Positions 11,951-24,589 of a stretch of 64,000 nt of DNA are shown here, in pieces. The notes under the pieces are model-generated. The model saw only the letters and a program-made list of their open reading frames with translations. It searched no databases and was not told where the DNA came from. How positions within the stretch are numbered: the stretch's first letter is position 1; each line of letters starts with the position of its first letter. This DNA comes from Macrostomum lignano. Lineage: Eukaryota. The stretch spans positions 248,001-312,000 of the forward strand of contig NIVC01000525.1 of assembly GCA_002269645.1 (NCBI GenBank). The letters run 5' to 3'. The position numbers were made by a program, and so were the translations under genes.

Positions 11951-12912
11951 ATTTCGCTGATTTACCTATTACCAACATATTATGCTTGATATACCATTTG
12001 GTTTTCTTTTGGAAGATAATTGCCTTGGGCCTTGGCCCTTGGGGCTTGAAGTTTGTAGAATTTTAGGGCCTAGGCTACGTATCAGATGATTTAAGGCGTT
12101 CTTCTCAAAGTCAAATCATTTGTTAAACTATTTTTTCAATGTTTTTGCAACTTTCATTACCTGAGAAGCTGATTTTAGCATGTTTGGATACTCCCCAAGA
12201 CCCCAAGCTATTATTAAAACAGTGCTAATTTTTAGGGCCTAGTTTAAATGTGTAATAAAAATGAATATTTGCTGTAACATAAGCTTTTATGATTATGTTT
12301 ATTATGATTATGAATTATTATGAGTTTTTTCTAAGAAAGTCATTTCTTTTCAATAGCACAATAAGCCATTTAAAAATGGTTTTATTTACGAGCAAAGTAA
12401 AACCAAAAATACTAAAAGAAATAATTAATTAATTCCTTAATCAGTCAATTATATTCAATTACTCAATTACACTATAAATATGAATAATATAAAAAACTTT
12501 CAACTTTCTCCAACTTTGTGCATTTGTTGCCACCTTCCTTGGTATGAGTGCACATAGGGTGACGCATTTGCATAGAATATTTGCATCAAAACATTTAACC
12601 TAATGGACATGCAGTCTAGTATTGCAAAAATTCAAAATTAGTTCATTTTTTTAAAAATAAGGCAATTAATAAAACAAGTCATTGATATAATAATAATTGT
12701 AAGCTATATACAAGATATGCAGCTATATTAGCTATAGCCTATATACATATATCATTCATATAATGAAAATTTTAGTCACTTCGTCAACAAGCAAATGGGA
12801 AGGACCTAGGCATTGGTCACTTCATCAACCACCAATAAAGTCGCCTCCCAACACTTTGGTCACTTTGTCAACCAAGTTGACGAAATGCCAATTGACAAAA
12901 TGACCATTACCC
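11622..12912. mobile_element. Old non-autonomous TIR element with imperfect ~35-bp inverted termini (CATTTCGTCAAC / GTTGACGAAATG repeats)
   Basis: Left GGTGACCGGACATTTCGTCAACCGGCATTTCG vs reverse complement of right GGGTAATGGTCATTTTGTCAATTGGCATTTCG; no TSD found. Confidence 0.35.
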
Positions 12913-13310
12913 ACCTGGTCCACTTGGCTTAGAGACAAAATAGTCTATGACCAAATTGTTCTATGGGCAAAATGTCTATAGCCAAAAAGATTTATAGGCA
13001 AAACAACTAGTTGTTGGGAATGCTAGCACTTATACCTTGGCATAATCCATTCTCATTTTAAAAAAGTAGCAATTATTTACTTTTATTCATTTAATTATTT
13101 TCTATGAAAGTTTGTAGTTCCTATCCCATTTAATAATATTTACTATTAAAGTAGAGTATATAGAACAAAATCATTAAAAACTAAAATGACTTAAGCAAGA
13201 AAAAAAACTTATATGATAAAAATAACAAGGAAATTTTCCCAAAGCAAAGTATATGCAGGAATATATATAGGAAGTAATATGCATTGAACTGGGATTATCA
13301 TACCCACACA

Positions 13311-13614
13311 ATAATAATTGATTACACCTGCCCCAATTAGGCCAGATGTGCCACCAACAGCTTAGCCACAGCTATTGCATGGTGCATCTGAAAGCTATAT
13401 ACTTCTATTAAGTCTAAGGACTGGGAGGGGGTTGCCACACACATCCTCAATTACCCCAGCTGATGCTGGCACCCGTTTTATAGCTGGGTGAACTGAAGCA
13501 ATGCAGAGTTAAGTGTCTTGCTCAAGGACACAAATTGTTCTAGTGGGATTGGGAATCGAACCCCCAACCTTCAAGTCATGAGTCTGATGCTCTAAGTACT
13601 AGGCTACAAGCTCC
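13311..13614 (-). mobile_element. tRNA-derived SINE, family A (CORE/Meta-like central domain), near full length
   Basis: Minus strand has A-box GTAGCCTAGT..TTAGA, B-box GGTTCGATTCC and central GTGTCCTTGAGCAAGACACTTAAC; homologous to 14415-14620 and 31061-31273. Confidence 0.85.
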
Positions 13615-14013
13615 TAGGCTACATACCTACAATAATGGCTTAAGAATACCTGTGTGTAACATTCTATTATAAATATACTAGTTCAAGAAGGAACAAGTTA
13701 AGCTAATGCCACTTGCAACTATTTACAACTTTGGGGCTTATGAAATAAAAGAAAATAATATGGAAATTAAACTTTCACTGCACAGCTATGCAAAAATATA
13801 CCAGTATAGCATGCTAAAGTGTAATAAATTAAAAGAATGATAATCTTCACTGCCCCAGATCAAATGCAATCATTGATTGGGTGATAAAAAAGTGATTTTT
13901 TGCCAGGAAATAGGCCTCCAAAAACTTAATCTTTGAGCCTTATGTCCTGCTATATTACTGTGGTCCTTGACTAGCATCAGTGCATTAGATCTAAATTACC
14001 CAATTTTCATGCC

Positions 14014-14304
14014 ATGGGCGTCGACATCTGCCACAAGAATGACCGCAAGGTGCGCCGCACCAATCCAAAATCCGACGATGTCTATCTGCGCCTGCTGGTG
14101 AAACTCTACCGATTTCTGGCCCGCCGGACTGGCGCCAAGTTTAACAAAATCATCCTGCGCCGCCTGTTCATGAGCCGGGCCAATCGCGGCCCCCTGTCTC
14201 TGGCCCGCCTTGGCCGCATGCTGCGCAAGCCGAATCGGGAGGGTCGCATTGTTGTCACAGTTGGCACAGTTACTAACGATTCCCGGGTGCAGTCAGTGCC
14301 GGAG
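14014..14304 (+). CDS. RPL18: 60S ribosomal protein L18, exon 1
   Basis: [33 protein letters not shown]; GAG|GTTTGT donor. Confidence 0.97.
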
Positions 14305-14414
14305 GTTTGTGTTGTTTGTTTAACTTCAGTGCTTATACTAGTAATGTTTGCCGCACCCCCTGTTGGGGAGGCAACAAATAACGGAATACTGAATTTGAAT
14401 CGCATTTCGCATTT

Positions 14415-14620
14415 ATAATAATTAATATTGATTACACCTGCCCCAATTGGGCCAGTTGTGTCCCTGACAGCTCAGCCGCAGCTAAAGCTGCGTACGGCTG
14501 TTCAGTTCAAGCACTGGTGGGGTCGCCACACACAGCCTCAATTACCCCAGCTAATGCTGGCACACATTTTACAGCTGGGTGAACTGAAGCAGTGTAGATT
14601 TGAGTGTCTTGGCTCAAGAA
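14415..14620 (-). mobile_element. SINE family A fragment lacking the tRNA head, in the RPL18 intron
   Basis: Aligns to 13311-13530 and 31061-31200. Confidence 0.8.
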
Positions 14621-14766
14621 AACTTTGTTCAAAGGCATGTACACTTCACTGGGCTTCAAAGGCGTTAATTGCACGAGCCTGGGCCTCTGGCGCATTAATT
14701 AGAGCAGCATAAATTACAGACTGCACTTACGCTGCACTCTCCCGGCCTCCTCTCCGCCAAATCCAG

Positions 14767-15039
14767 GTGACCCTGTGCGCGCTCCGCGTAACCGAGAAGG
14801 CCCGCGCCCGGCTGCTAGCTGCCGGCGGCGAGATCATCACCTTCGACGAGCTGGCCAGACGGGCCCCCAAAGGCCAGAACACGCTGCTGGTGCAGGGCAC
14901 GAGGAAGCGGGCCGCCCAGCGGCATTTCGGCCGGCCGCCGGGAGTGCCGCACTCGCACACTAAGCCGGTGGTTCGGTCCAAGGGTCGCAAATTTGAGAAG
15001 GCCCGCGGCCGCCGGGCTTCGCGCGGATTCACCAACTAA
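14767..15039 (+). CDS. RPL18: 60S ribosomal protein L18, exon 2
   Basis: atccag acceptor; ..[27 protein letters not shown]; TAA stop. Confidence 0.97.
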   Translation: MTLCALRVTEKARARLLAAGGEIITFDELARRAPKGQNTLLVQGTRKRAAQRHFGRPPGVPHSHTKPVVRSKGRKFEKARGRRASRGFTN

Positions 15040-15137
15040 TTGTCAAATTGATACAAGAGAGACCGTTTGTTTGATTATATTGTAATTGGCCTGGTTGGTG
15101 TTTGGTGCGCGCTGTTCAATGATTTTGATGGCTGCTG

Positions 15138-15143
15138 AATAAA
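15138..15143 (+). terminator. AATAAA polyadenylation signal of RPL18
   Basis: About 100 nt after the stop codon. Confidence 0.65.
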
Positions 15144-15370
15144 AAATTCAATGAAACCCTTCTATCTGGGCCTCTGGATCTGCGCGGCCTGTCTTTGGAG
15201 ACAAAAAAATTCAAACTGATTCTTTTGTTTTGTTATTTCTTTCTATTTTCGTTCAAGTACTGTCTTCCTACTCACAAGTAGCGGGTGAAGAGTTTCGTTT
15301 TATTTTTAATGACAATACAACTCAGAGATAAAGTGACTGTCTCAGACTTGCCAGACTGTCTGTCTGTCCC

Positions 15371-16146
15371 AGACTTCACCGACGCTGCCATTGACTCCAC
15401 CGACACTGCCATTGACTTCACCGGCGCTGCCATTGACTTCACCGACGCTGCCATTGACTTCACCGACGCTGCCATTGACTCCACCGACACTGCCATTGAC
15501 TTCACCGACGCTGCCATTGACTTCACCGACGCTGCCATTGACTTCACCGACGCTGCCATTGACTTCACCGACACTGCCATTGAGTCCACCGACACTTCCA
15601 TTGACTTCACCGACACTGCCATTGAGTCCACCGACACTGCCATTGAGTCCACCGACACTGCCATTGAGTCCACCGACACTGCCATTGAGTCCACCGACAC
15701 TGCCATTGAGTCCACCGACACTGCCATTGAGTCCACCGACACTGCCATTGACTTCACCGACACTTCCATTGACTTTACCGACACTTCCATTGACTTCACC
15801 GACACTTCCATTGACTTCACCGACACTGCCATTGAGTCCACCGACACTGCCATTGAGTCCACCGACACTGCCATTGAGTCCACCGACACTGCCATTGAGT
15901 CCACCGACACTTCCATTGACTTTACCGACACTTCCATTGACTTCACCGACACTTCCATTGACTTCACCGACACTTCCATTGACTTCACCGACGCTGCCAT
16001 TGACTCCACCGACGCTGCCATTGACTCCACCGACGCTGCCATTGACTTCAACGACACTGCCATTGACTTCACCGACGCTGCCATTGAGTCCACCGACACT
16101 GCCATTGACTTCACCGACACTGCCATTGACTTCACCGACACTGCCT
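15371..16146. repeat. 21-bp tandem minisatellite (TTCACCGACACTGCCATTGAC variants)
   Basis: Direct; explains the ORFs at 15272-16326. Confidence 0.95.
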
Positions 16147-16409
16147 TCAACTTCATCAAGGCTAATAATTTTAATTTCCTGTCGATTTTTGCGTTTCAAC
16201 AGGTTTAACTTCAAAGCCAGGAAATTCGTTATAATTAAAGTAACTCAACCCAGCACAGCATGGAGAAGTTTTTCTTTCGGATTGCGACTTCGTAATCGAA
16301 TTCCGAAGTCAAAAAAAAATTCTTGAAAGAGGCTTTTAATATTACCTGATATGAAAGCGGGAAATAAGTGTGCAACTCATTCATGCAACTCATTCAGGGA
16401 AGCATGCAA

Positions 16410-16498
16410 TGGAGCTTCCGGACTTTCTCAGTTGCAAACTGCTGCTGGCTATAAGTAATGTCTGTCTGTTTACGATCGTCTGTGTCTGTCTGTCTGTG

Positions 16499-16559
<61 letters not shown>

Positions 16560-16680
16560 GACTTAGTGTCTGTCTGTCTGTGTGACTGTCTCTCTGTCTG
16601 TCTTTGTGTCTGTCTGTCTGTCTGTCTGTCTGTTTACGATCGTCTGTGTGACTGTCTGTCTGTCTGTCTGTCTGTCTGTG
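16410..16680. repeat. (TGTC)n microsatellite
   Basis: Direct. Confidence 0.95.
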
Positions 16681-17895
16681 CAAATGGACGAAATGCATCG
16701 GCAACTCAAATAATACTTCATGTTGATATTTACCTTTATTTACATACTAAGATTGCCCAGGGCACCTTGCAGTCAGTCTGTCGAGCCAGCAGAGTGAGAT
16801 TTATTCGTGTGTTGTTTGCTGACAAATTCTTGCATTTTTTCATTGTGGTTACACTGCTGGCTACTGCAGTTACTAAGTAATTATTAGTCAACACTGAGCT
16901 ACGAGTACATGTATAGACCTCTCCAGTGTATTTATATTTATATGTGCTTGGCTAGACCGCACGAAATAGCGAATATAAAAAACCGACGAATTGATAAATT
17001 AAAATACAACAAAATAGCCAGCATAAACTAGTGAAATTTTATTTTATGCTCTACTGATAATAGACACACGAGTACAATAAAAATCCACGAAGAAAATAAT
17101 CAATAAAATGTATCCAATACAGTAGCTGTTCAACTAATCTAACACACGATACCGCATTCGAGCTAATAAAGAGCTCTTTAAAAAGAGAGTCAAATAAACA
17201 AATTTTGGTTGAGAATTAAGAGAGAAAAAATAGACAAATATTGACTGAGAAAGTTTATCAGTTATAAGTGAAGCAATCTTGCTTATTTATAAAAGTACAG
17301 GCTATCGAGTGAGAGAGTTCTTTATAGTAGAGGAGGAAAAGTAAGACACATGAAACTACAGCGATAACTTACTGTTTGCTGCTTTTATTCATAGTTTTGT
17401 TCCGTGAGAGATGAGATATGCCTTTTTCGGGAGTTATATAACAAGACCCAGACACAATGCAGGCACACATTCTCTAATCCGTCATTTCTACTCAAAGCCT
17501 GGGACCTTAGGCACTCCGGATAGGTCTAAAATAATTGACTGCTAAAGCAATTCAACTGTGCAATCATTTTGGTCTGAGGGTCACAGGGACCGATCAAGAT
17601 ATCTCTTTGGGGATCAGCTGTTTTGCTTCAGCAGGGATTATTTTATCGTTTCATTGATTTTTAGAGAAATAGCTCTCTCAAAATTCGAGTTTCATCCCGG
17701 TTCCATGTCCCGGATCAACTGCTAAATCGAAACAAAAGCTTCGTATTTTGAACGCACATACTCTCGTCATCAGCCTTAAAAATTGATTATTAATTGTCAA
17801 TTGATAGCTAAACAACTGGGCAATCTCGCGATAAAATTTTATCGCTAACTCCATTTCACTTCGCAACATCCTTGTCTGAAAAACTGCTCGAGCAC

Positions 17896-18903
17896 TCAGT
17901 TGAACAGCCGGTTGATGACGTCGGCGGTCAGGTAGAAGTTGGACACGGCCAGCATCTTCACGGTGCCGTTTATTTTGGAGTAGGAGCCAGTCAGAGCGCG
18001 CCAGCCGATCTTCATGCAGAAGTTGTCGATTTTGGGATGGTTGAAGTTGTAGAGAGACACTTGGCTGTCGGGAATGAAAGACCCGTCAACGAACAGTCGG
18101 GTCCTGTTCATGATCATCGAAATATCGAACGTGGCGCCGACTCGGACGAACTGGTCACTTCGAATTGGGAGCACCTGGTTAGTGGAGATCAAGTTCCGGT
18201 GTCCGGTTTGAATGTAGAGCTTGCGAGTCGAATCGAGCAGGTCCCATTCCCATAAGTGGAGCCAGACTTGATTGTAAGAGCTGCAGTCTGTGAGATCGAT
18301 GAACGCGTTCGAACTCGGCTGCCTCTTCAGCTCCATCAGAAACGTGAAGCTGTTGCTGAAGTTGAATCCGCTGGTGTCGCTTACCCACATCCTGGATGTC
18401 AGGCCGTCCATCTTGGCGCCCTCGTCAGTCCAAGTCACTCCGGTGTGCTCGATCACGTTCTTCTGTCCGCCATCGCTGCACACGAGGTTCTCGAGCTGCT
18501 CGCCTCTGCCTCCGAGCCACACGGCCGCAAAGTGTCGATTGGCGGTGAGCACGTCAAGCTCGGAGTCCACCACGAGCTCGCACGAGTTGGTCTCGTCCGA
18601 TGGCCAGCCAGCGGGGCTGCTCAGGTTGAGCAGGTGGCAGACTCGGCTGAAGAGAAACAGCAAACAGGTGGCAGTTCGCGAGTTCCATTGGGCCACCGCT
18701 ATGCCTGGCAGAGTTTGCTGACGACTCAGAAAGACGCACTGCAGAATGGAGACGGCCGGGCTGGGGAGGGTCCAGTCTGACAAGGACTTGTTGAGGCAGA
18801 TGCGTTGGATTACCGGGTAGCGAGTTCCAGAGTTGGTGCCAGCGGTAGAGATGCAGAGCAGAACAGACGCAACAAAGGCAAGCAGCAGCCGGTGGAGAGC
18901 CAT
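17896..18903 (-). CDS. Intronless 335-aa secreted protein: signal peptide, PAN/apple-like Cys region, concanavalin-A/LamG-like domain
   Basis: Hydrophobic N-terminus MALHRLLLAFVASVLLCISTA; GAKMDG...SFTFLMELK...RLFVDG...KIG...ING pattern typical of Laminin_G_3 folds; GC-rich non-repetitive ORF. Confidence 0.78.
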   Translation of the reverse strand: MALHRLLLAFVASVLLCISTAGTNSGTRYPVIQRICLNKSLSDWTLPSPAVSILQCVFLSRQQTLPGIAVAQWNSRTATCLLFLFSRVCHLLNLSSPAGWPSDETNSCELVVDSELDVLTANRHFAAVWLGGRGEQLENLVCSDGGQKNVIEHTGVTWTDEGAKMDGLTSRMWVSDTSGFNFSNSFTFLMELKRQPSSNAFIDLTDCSSYNQVWLHLWEWDLLDSTRKLYIQTGHRNLISTNQVLPIRSDQFVRVGATFDISMIMNRTRLFVDGSFIPDSQVSLYNFNHPKIDNFCMKIGWRALTGSYSKINGTVKMLAVSNFYLTADVINRLFN

Positions 18904-19389
18904 GATTCTCTTGATTTGAAAATTGGTTTTCCGTTTGAAAATGCTGAGTATTTGATGGGCTTAAAATGCTGTATCGCTATGGTAACAATCACAACAGCAG
19001 CTCAGGCTGATTCGCACCTGGGTGGATGCGTGACGGAAAATCTATCGAGCGATTTAAAAGCTTCAAACAATAAAATAAAAGAGTTAAATTATTTATCAAC
19101 AGGGGACGACATTGAAGAGATGGACTGAGGGTTGGCTGTCATACAGTTAATGGCTTTGCAGCATCCCTCTTAGCCTTCTCTCCTCTGCTGCGGCAGGAGA
19201 GACCAAGCCGCCAAAATCCCGTGGGAGTGGGGAGCTTGCAACTAGGAGGGGAAGGGGGTCGTTATGCTTCATGTATCAAGCATTTATTTCATTTAGCAGC
19301 AACTGCATCAGGGGAGGTGGATTGCACTTTCAGCTTTGGAGGCCTCAGCTGAGTTTAAAATTGTAGTGCCGGTGCTGAGGCACGCGGAC

Positions 19390-21085
19390 GGGTCTACGAC
19401 GTTTGCCTGCGGGACGTTTGCCAGCCGACGTTTGCCTGCGGGACGTTTGCCAGCCGACATTTGCCAGCCGACGTTTGCCAGCCGACGTTTGCCAGCGGGA
19501 CGTTTGCCAGCCGAAGTTTGCCTGCCGGACGTTTGCCTGCGGGACGTTTGCCAGCCGACGTTTGCCAGCCGACATTTGCCAGCCGACATTTGCCAGCCGA
19601 CATTTGCCAGCCGACGTTTGCCAGCGCGACGTTTGCCAGTCGGACGTTTGCCAGCCGACATTTGCCAGCCGACGTTTGCCAGCGGGACGTTTGCCAGTCG
19701 GACGTTTGCCAGCCGACGTTTGCCAGCCGACGTTTGCCAGCCGACGTTTGCCTGCCGGAAGTTTGCCAGCCAAAATTTGCTAGCCAATATAAAGCCAGTT
19801 AGTGAAAAATTTGATACTGAAACATTCGCAGTTTAGCGGTTTGACAAAAACCGTTTTTACTCCAACTTTTTGACGGTTATTCGCATGTATACAGGTTTGA
19901 AAGCGAAATCTATAAATTATGAAATTTATGCAAAATCTATATAAATTATGCAATTTATATAGATTTACATCTAATATCCAGTTTAACAACGATTTTCTTT
20001 GAATGTGAAAATATTGTTTACTTTTGACAATTGTGTATCATTTTTCCCAGTTTGAGATGCTTGATTTTTGATGTGCGAAAGAAGACGCGCAGATTACAAC
20101 GGGAATCTCCAGCGATTAAGTTATGAGGCAAACAAAAAGAGCTGCTGAGCGGTAATTCTGGCTCATATATTTCTCAGTTCATTGGGAGATCTAAAAGTAA
20201 GCAAATCGATTCCAATGCTGTTGTATTACTACTCAAGTAAGCCAGGAAACCGCGATCTCAACGTACATGTGTAGACGAGTCTAATGCGGTACGTTTTTAT
20301 AGTAAGCTATATAGCTGAATAGCCAGACAAGCCGCCAGTAGCAAGCTAGTAGAATAGCAAACGCTAGACACTACGTATGCAAAGCTTAGTCACGCCAAGG
20401 ACTACTAAAGTAGAAGTACGCAGCACTCGAAATCTATGAAAAATGTTTTGAAGGCCATAGGGAGATAGGAAGTTTTCATCTTTTCAGCACAACAATTGTT
20501 ATTGCTTTCATACGAGGCAAACCCAATGTTCATCTTTTGATATGTTGTGCCAAAATCGTTGTTAAACTAGATATTAGACGTTAGACTGATGAACTGCATA
20601 ATTTATATATTTTGCTTTCAAACTTGTATATATGCGAATGGCCGTCAGAAAGTTGGAGTAAAAATGTTTTTGTCAAACCGCTAAACTGCGAATGTTTCAG
20701 TATCAAATTTTTCACTGACTGGCTTTATATTGGCTAGCAAATTTTGGCTGGCAAACTTCCGGCAGGCAAACGTCGGCTGGAAAACGTCGGCTGGCAAACG
20801 TCCGGCAGGCAAACGTCCGGCAGGCAAACGTCCGGCAGGCAAACTTCGGCTGGCAAACGTCCCGCTGGCAAACGTCGGCTGGCAAACGTCGGCTGGCAAA
20901 TGTCGGCTGGCAAACGTCCCGCAGGCAAACGTCGGCTGGCAAACGTCCGGCAGGCAAACTTCGGCTGGCAAACGTCCCACTGGCAAACGTCGGCTGGCAA
21001 ACGTCGGCTGGCAAATGTCGGCTGGCAAACGTCCCGCAGGCAAACGTCGGCTGGCAAACGTCCCGCAGGCAAACGTCGCTATCCC
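19390..21085. mobile_element. Non-autonomous Mutator-like / foldback DNA transposon with ~600-bp TIRs carrying 14-bp subrepeats (GACGTTTGCCAGCC)
   Basis: Perfect 9-bp TSD CACGCGGAC (19381-19389 and 21086-21094); GGG...CCC termini; inverted arms ~19390-20000 and ~20540-21085; no transposase. Confidence 0.92.
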
Positions 21086-21489
21086 CACGCGGACGCATCA
21101 ACTCGAATGGTCGCTATCTCAGCTTTTCATTTAAGGGAGAAAGCAACCTGCAGGGGCGTCAGCACTTGCCAAACCTGCTGGAAAGAGCAGGCACCTATTT
21201 ACCACAGCACACCCCAGAATGAATAGTAGTAGCTCGTAAATCAATCATTGGGAATGTTTAAAATGTGGCAAATTCTATCCTCACCGTTTTTTAAACCTTC
21301 TTTAGGCTTGATTCCGAGCGTAAGCCCTACGCTGTACATGCAGCGATAACAGTTCATTCATGCATCTGCGGATCCAACCACAAAGTGTCTCAGGATCCGC
21401 ACCGTCAGCATTGGTGCATTTGAAACGGACTGTTGCATTGTTGGATTATTGGCAACGGATGCCCTACACTCCCCTGAACGGATGTTGAT

Positions 21490-21912
<423 letters not shown>

Positions 21913-22704
21913 CTTTCTACTGAACTGCACTATTTATACCCTATTTGTTTATTAGCCTTTTTCTCCCTACTCCGAGCACAGTGTCCACACTATCGCCCTG
22001 TCCAATATATTTTACGTTCACCAGAATTTGATTAATCACCTTCGCGAAATACCCCTGACTAGAATCGTGGATGCTGCGAAGAAGCCGCTGTAAAAAATCT
22101 TTCCAATCCAGTGAATATCGGGGCTCCACCCTAGATTCTGTAGGTCAGGTGATTCTGTTTCGTATATGCACACCCGAAGCCAATGAAAGCTAGTGCTGCC
22201 ATGCAAGGCTGGTTATGCTAATCTTAATCTGTTCGTGAGAACTCGGATTACTGACTTGGCTTTGAGTAAACTCCGTGGTACCGCGAATTAAGCGGTTCTC
22301 AATTAGATATTAATAGCGTTTATACTTACGTATTAAAATATTAATTATGAAAAGTACATCTTTGCGTTTTTGTAAACTTTCGATGTTTTCAAAGTATCTA
22401 AAAGAAGCACAAAACAATATTTGACAGCACATTAACTAAAGCCTAAAACATAGACTAGGGCGTGCACACGTTTTCGTCGGACATCGAACTTCTACAAAGT
22501 TTTGCTGTCCGAGAAATTACTTCGTACAAGTTGAACAGCCATCGGAGTGGATTGAGGAGTCATTGGTAGAGCAAGTTGGGTCGTTGGTTACTAATTTAAT
22601 TACACGTACGAATAGTCAGTTGCTAGACATGTGTTCAGGCATGGCATGTGCAGTCTGCGCTCTAGGGATTTGGGAGTGAACTGGATTGAGGAGGGGGGTG
22701 AGTA

Positions 22705-23158
22705 GATGAGTGACTGTGTGGGTGTTGGAGTGACTGTGTGGGTGTTGGAGTGAGGTGGGTGCTGGAGTAAGGTGGTTGCTAGAGTGAAGTGGGTGCTGGA
22801 GTGAGGTGGGTGCTGGAGTGAGGTGGGTGCTGGAGTGAAGTGGGTGCTGGAGTGAGGTGGGTGCTGGAGTGAGGTGGGTGCTGGAGTGAGGTGGGTGCTG
22901 GAGTGAGGTGGTTGCTAGAGTGAAGTGGGTGCTGGAGTGAGGTGGTTGCTAGAGTGAAGTGGGTGCTGGAGTGAGGTGGGTGCTGGAGTGAGTTGGGTGC
23001 AGAAGTGAGGTGGGTGCTGGAGTGAGGTGGGTGCTGGAGTGAGGTGGGTGCTGGAGTGAGTTGGGTGCAGAAGTGAGGTGGGTGCTGGAGTGAGGTGGGT
23101 GCTGGAGTGAGGTGGGTGCTGGAGTGAGTTGGGTGCAGAAGTGAGGTGGGTGCAGGAG
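22705..23158. repeat. 17-bp G-rich minisatellite (CTGGAGTGAGGTGGGTG)
   Basis: Direct. Confidence 0.92.
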
Positions 23159-23278
23159 TTTTTATTGAATACAGAAGCGAGTTTGGATTTAGACAGCGGG
23201 TTTTAGACAGCCAAAATACGATGAATGATAAAATATCAGTCAGAAATTATTAGCCAGACCCAAACAAGGTGTCCCAAT

Positions 23279-23632
23279 TTAGAACTCGCTGGCGTCGAGC
23301 AATTTTTTTTCAACTTTGCCGTCCACTGCAGACTTGCTGACAACCACGACATCTTTCTCGCCGTAGACCTCGACGTGGAACAGGGTCTCCCGCTTGTGGC
23401 TCATCTCCACTTTGGCCAGCTTGGCCAGCCGGCAGCTGAGGATGCTGCTGACTATGCAGACCAGACACTCGGTGCCGGAGGCGCCCAGCGCGCACAGAAG
23501 CAGCACGTCAAGGTTCTCCTTCTGGTAGGTGTGCCCGTCGGTGGTGTGGTTGACCAGACCGAGCCGCAGCAGCTGGATGCTGATGACAGCTGTCAGGAGT
23601 GACACCACGGAGAAGGCTGAGAAGCACAGGAT
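23279..23632 (-). CDS. TMEM196: TMEM196-like four-TM protein, exon 3 (ILCFSAFSVVSLLTAVISIQLL...LSCRLAK...)
   Basis: ggcag acceptor, phase 0; FSA..I..Q.L and LSCRLA resemble TMEM196 (FSAC..ILNFQFL, LTCRLA). Confidence 0.72.
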   Translation of the reverse strand: MLCFSAFSVVSLLTAVISIQLLRLGLVNHTTDGHTYQKENLDVLLLCALGASGTECLVCIVSSILSCRLAKLAKVEMSHKRETLFHVEVYGEKDVVVVSKSAVDGKVEKKLLDASEF

Positions 23633-23689
23633 CTGCCGGGGTTTTCAACGAGAGGATTGATTCAGTGTCTGTCCGGCTCTGGGTGCACC

Positions 23690-23715
23690 TGTCTCTGCCT
23701 GTCTGTCCGTCTTCC

Positions 23716-23808
<93 letters not shown>

Positions 23809-23812
23809 TTCT
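23690..23812. repeat. (TGTC)n microsatellite in intron 2 of the TMEM196-like gene
   Basis: Direct. Confidence 0.95.
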
Positions 23813-24489
23813 TTCCGCCTGTCTGCTTGTGTTTATGTTGTTCTGACCCAATTTTTTTCTGTATTTATCTGCCCATGTTGTTTTGTCCTTCTTAGTGCTG
23901 TTCTCCGATCTGCGCCCGACCGCCCGCCTTGTCCGAGATTAACTTGTGGCAGCTTCAAGCATGTTACCCCTAGCTACCTCTCACTTGGCAGCAGCAAAAG
24001 CCAGACGCCGGGTTAAATTTCATTCGGATTGAACAGTAGCTGTAGGCTCGCGCAGATTTCTTGGAAATCACCCATGCCAGCTACATGAGAATCAGAAATC
24101 ACGCTTTCCGGACAGGGGCAATTTACTCGTAGTTATTGATTAGGATGCACACACGCTCGTTCAGAAAGTTCATCTCATCGTATTTTACAGACGGACATCG
24201 AGTCCTCACTGATATCCATGCAGAGCTCAATCATGCAAATGGCTCTTTATCGAAGAAGGGTTTCTTAGTTCGATTCCGATTTGACTTTGAAGTTCTCATG
24301 TAGTCTTTTTCCTCGGCCTTACAACATGCTTTCAAGCCTAATCTCTTTTGAAGTCTTTTGATCTTTCTCTCCGTGCCGTGTTTAATATTGGATGAGCCCT
24401 CTAGTCAGCTGACATTCAGGGCTAGCGACGTATTTAAAAAGGACAGACAGCAGGCAGGTGAAACTATGTAATTGGAAATTAGAACTTAC

Positions 24490-24546
24490 AATGTAAATTG
24501 TCTGCCGCCTCACGCATGCCACTCCAATCATGCCGGTTACAAAGAA
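24490..24546 (-). CDS. TMEM196: TMEM196-like exon 2, 57 bp (FFVTGMIGVACVRRQTIYI)
   Basis: atttcag acceptor and ATT|GTAAGT donor, phase 0; same length as TMEM196 FLLCGICGILCAKKKSGLV. Confidence 0.8.
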
Positions 24547-24589
24547 CTGAAATTTATTTTATAAAAATTGATTGCAAATAATGAAAAGG

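Noticed and set aside
13520-13614. tRNA genes at SINE heads (also 31200-31273 and 40170-40233)
   Set aside because: A- and B-boxes are present but continue into SINE bodies with TSDs, and there is no complete cloverleaf.
19326-21226. Possible exon interrupted by the MULE (LEASAEFKIVVPVLRHAD/ASTRMV...)
   Set aside because: The reconstructed empty-site peptide has no recognisable motif and no supporting neighbouring exons.
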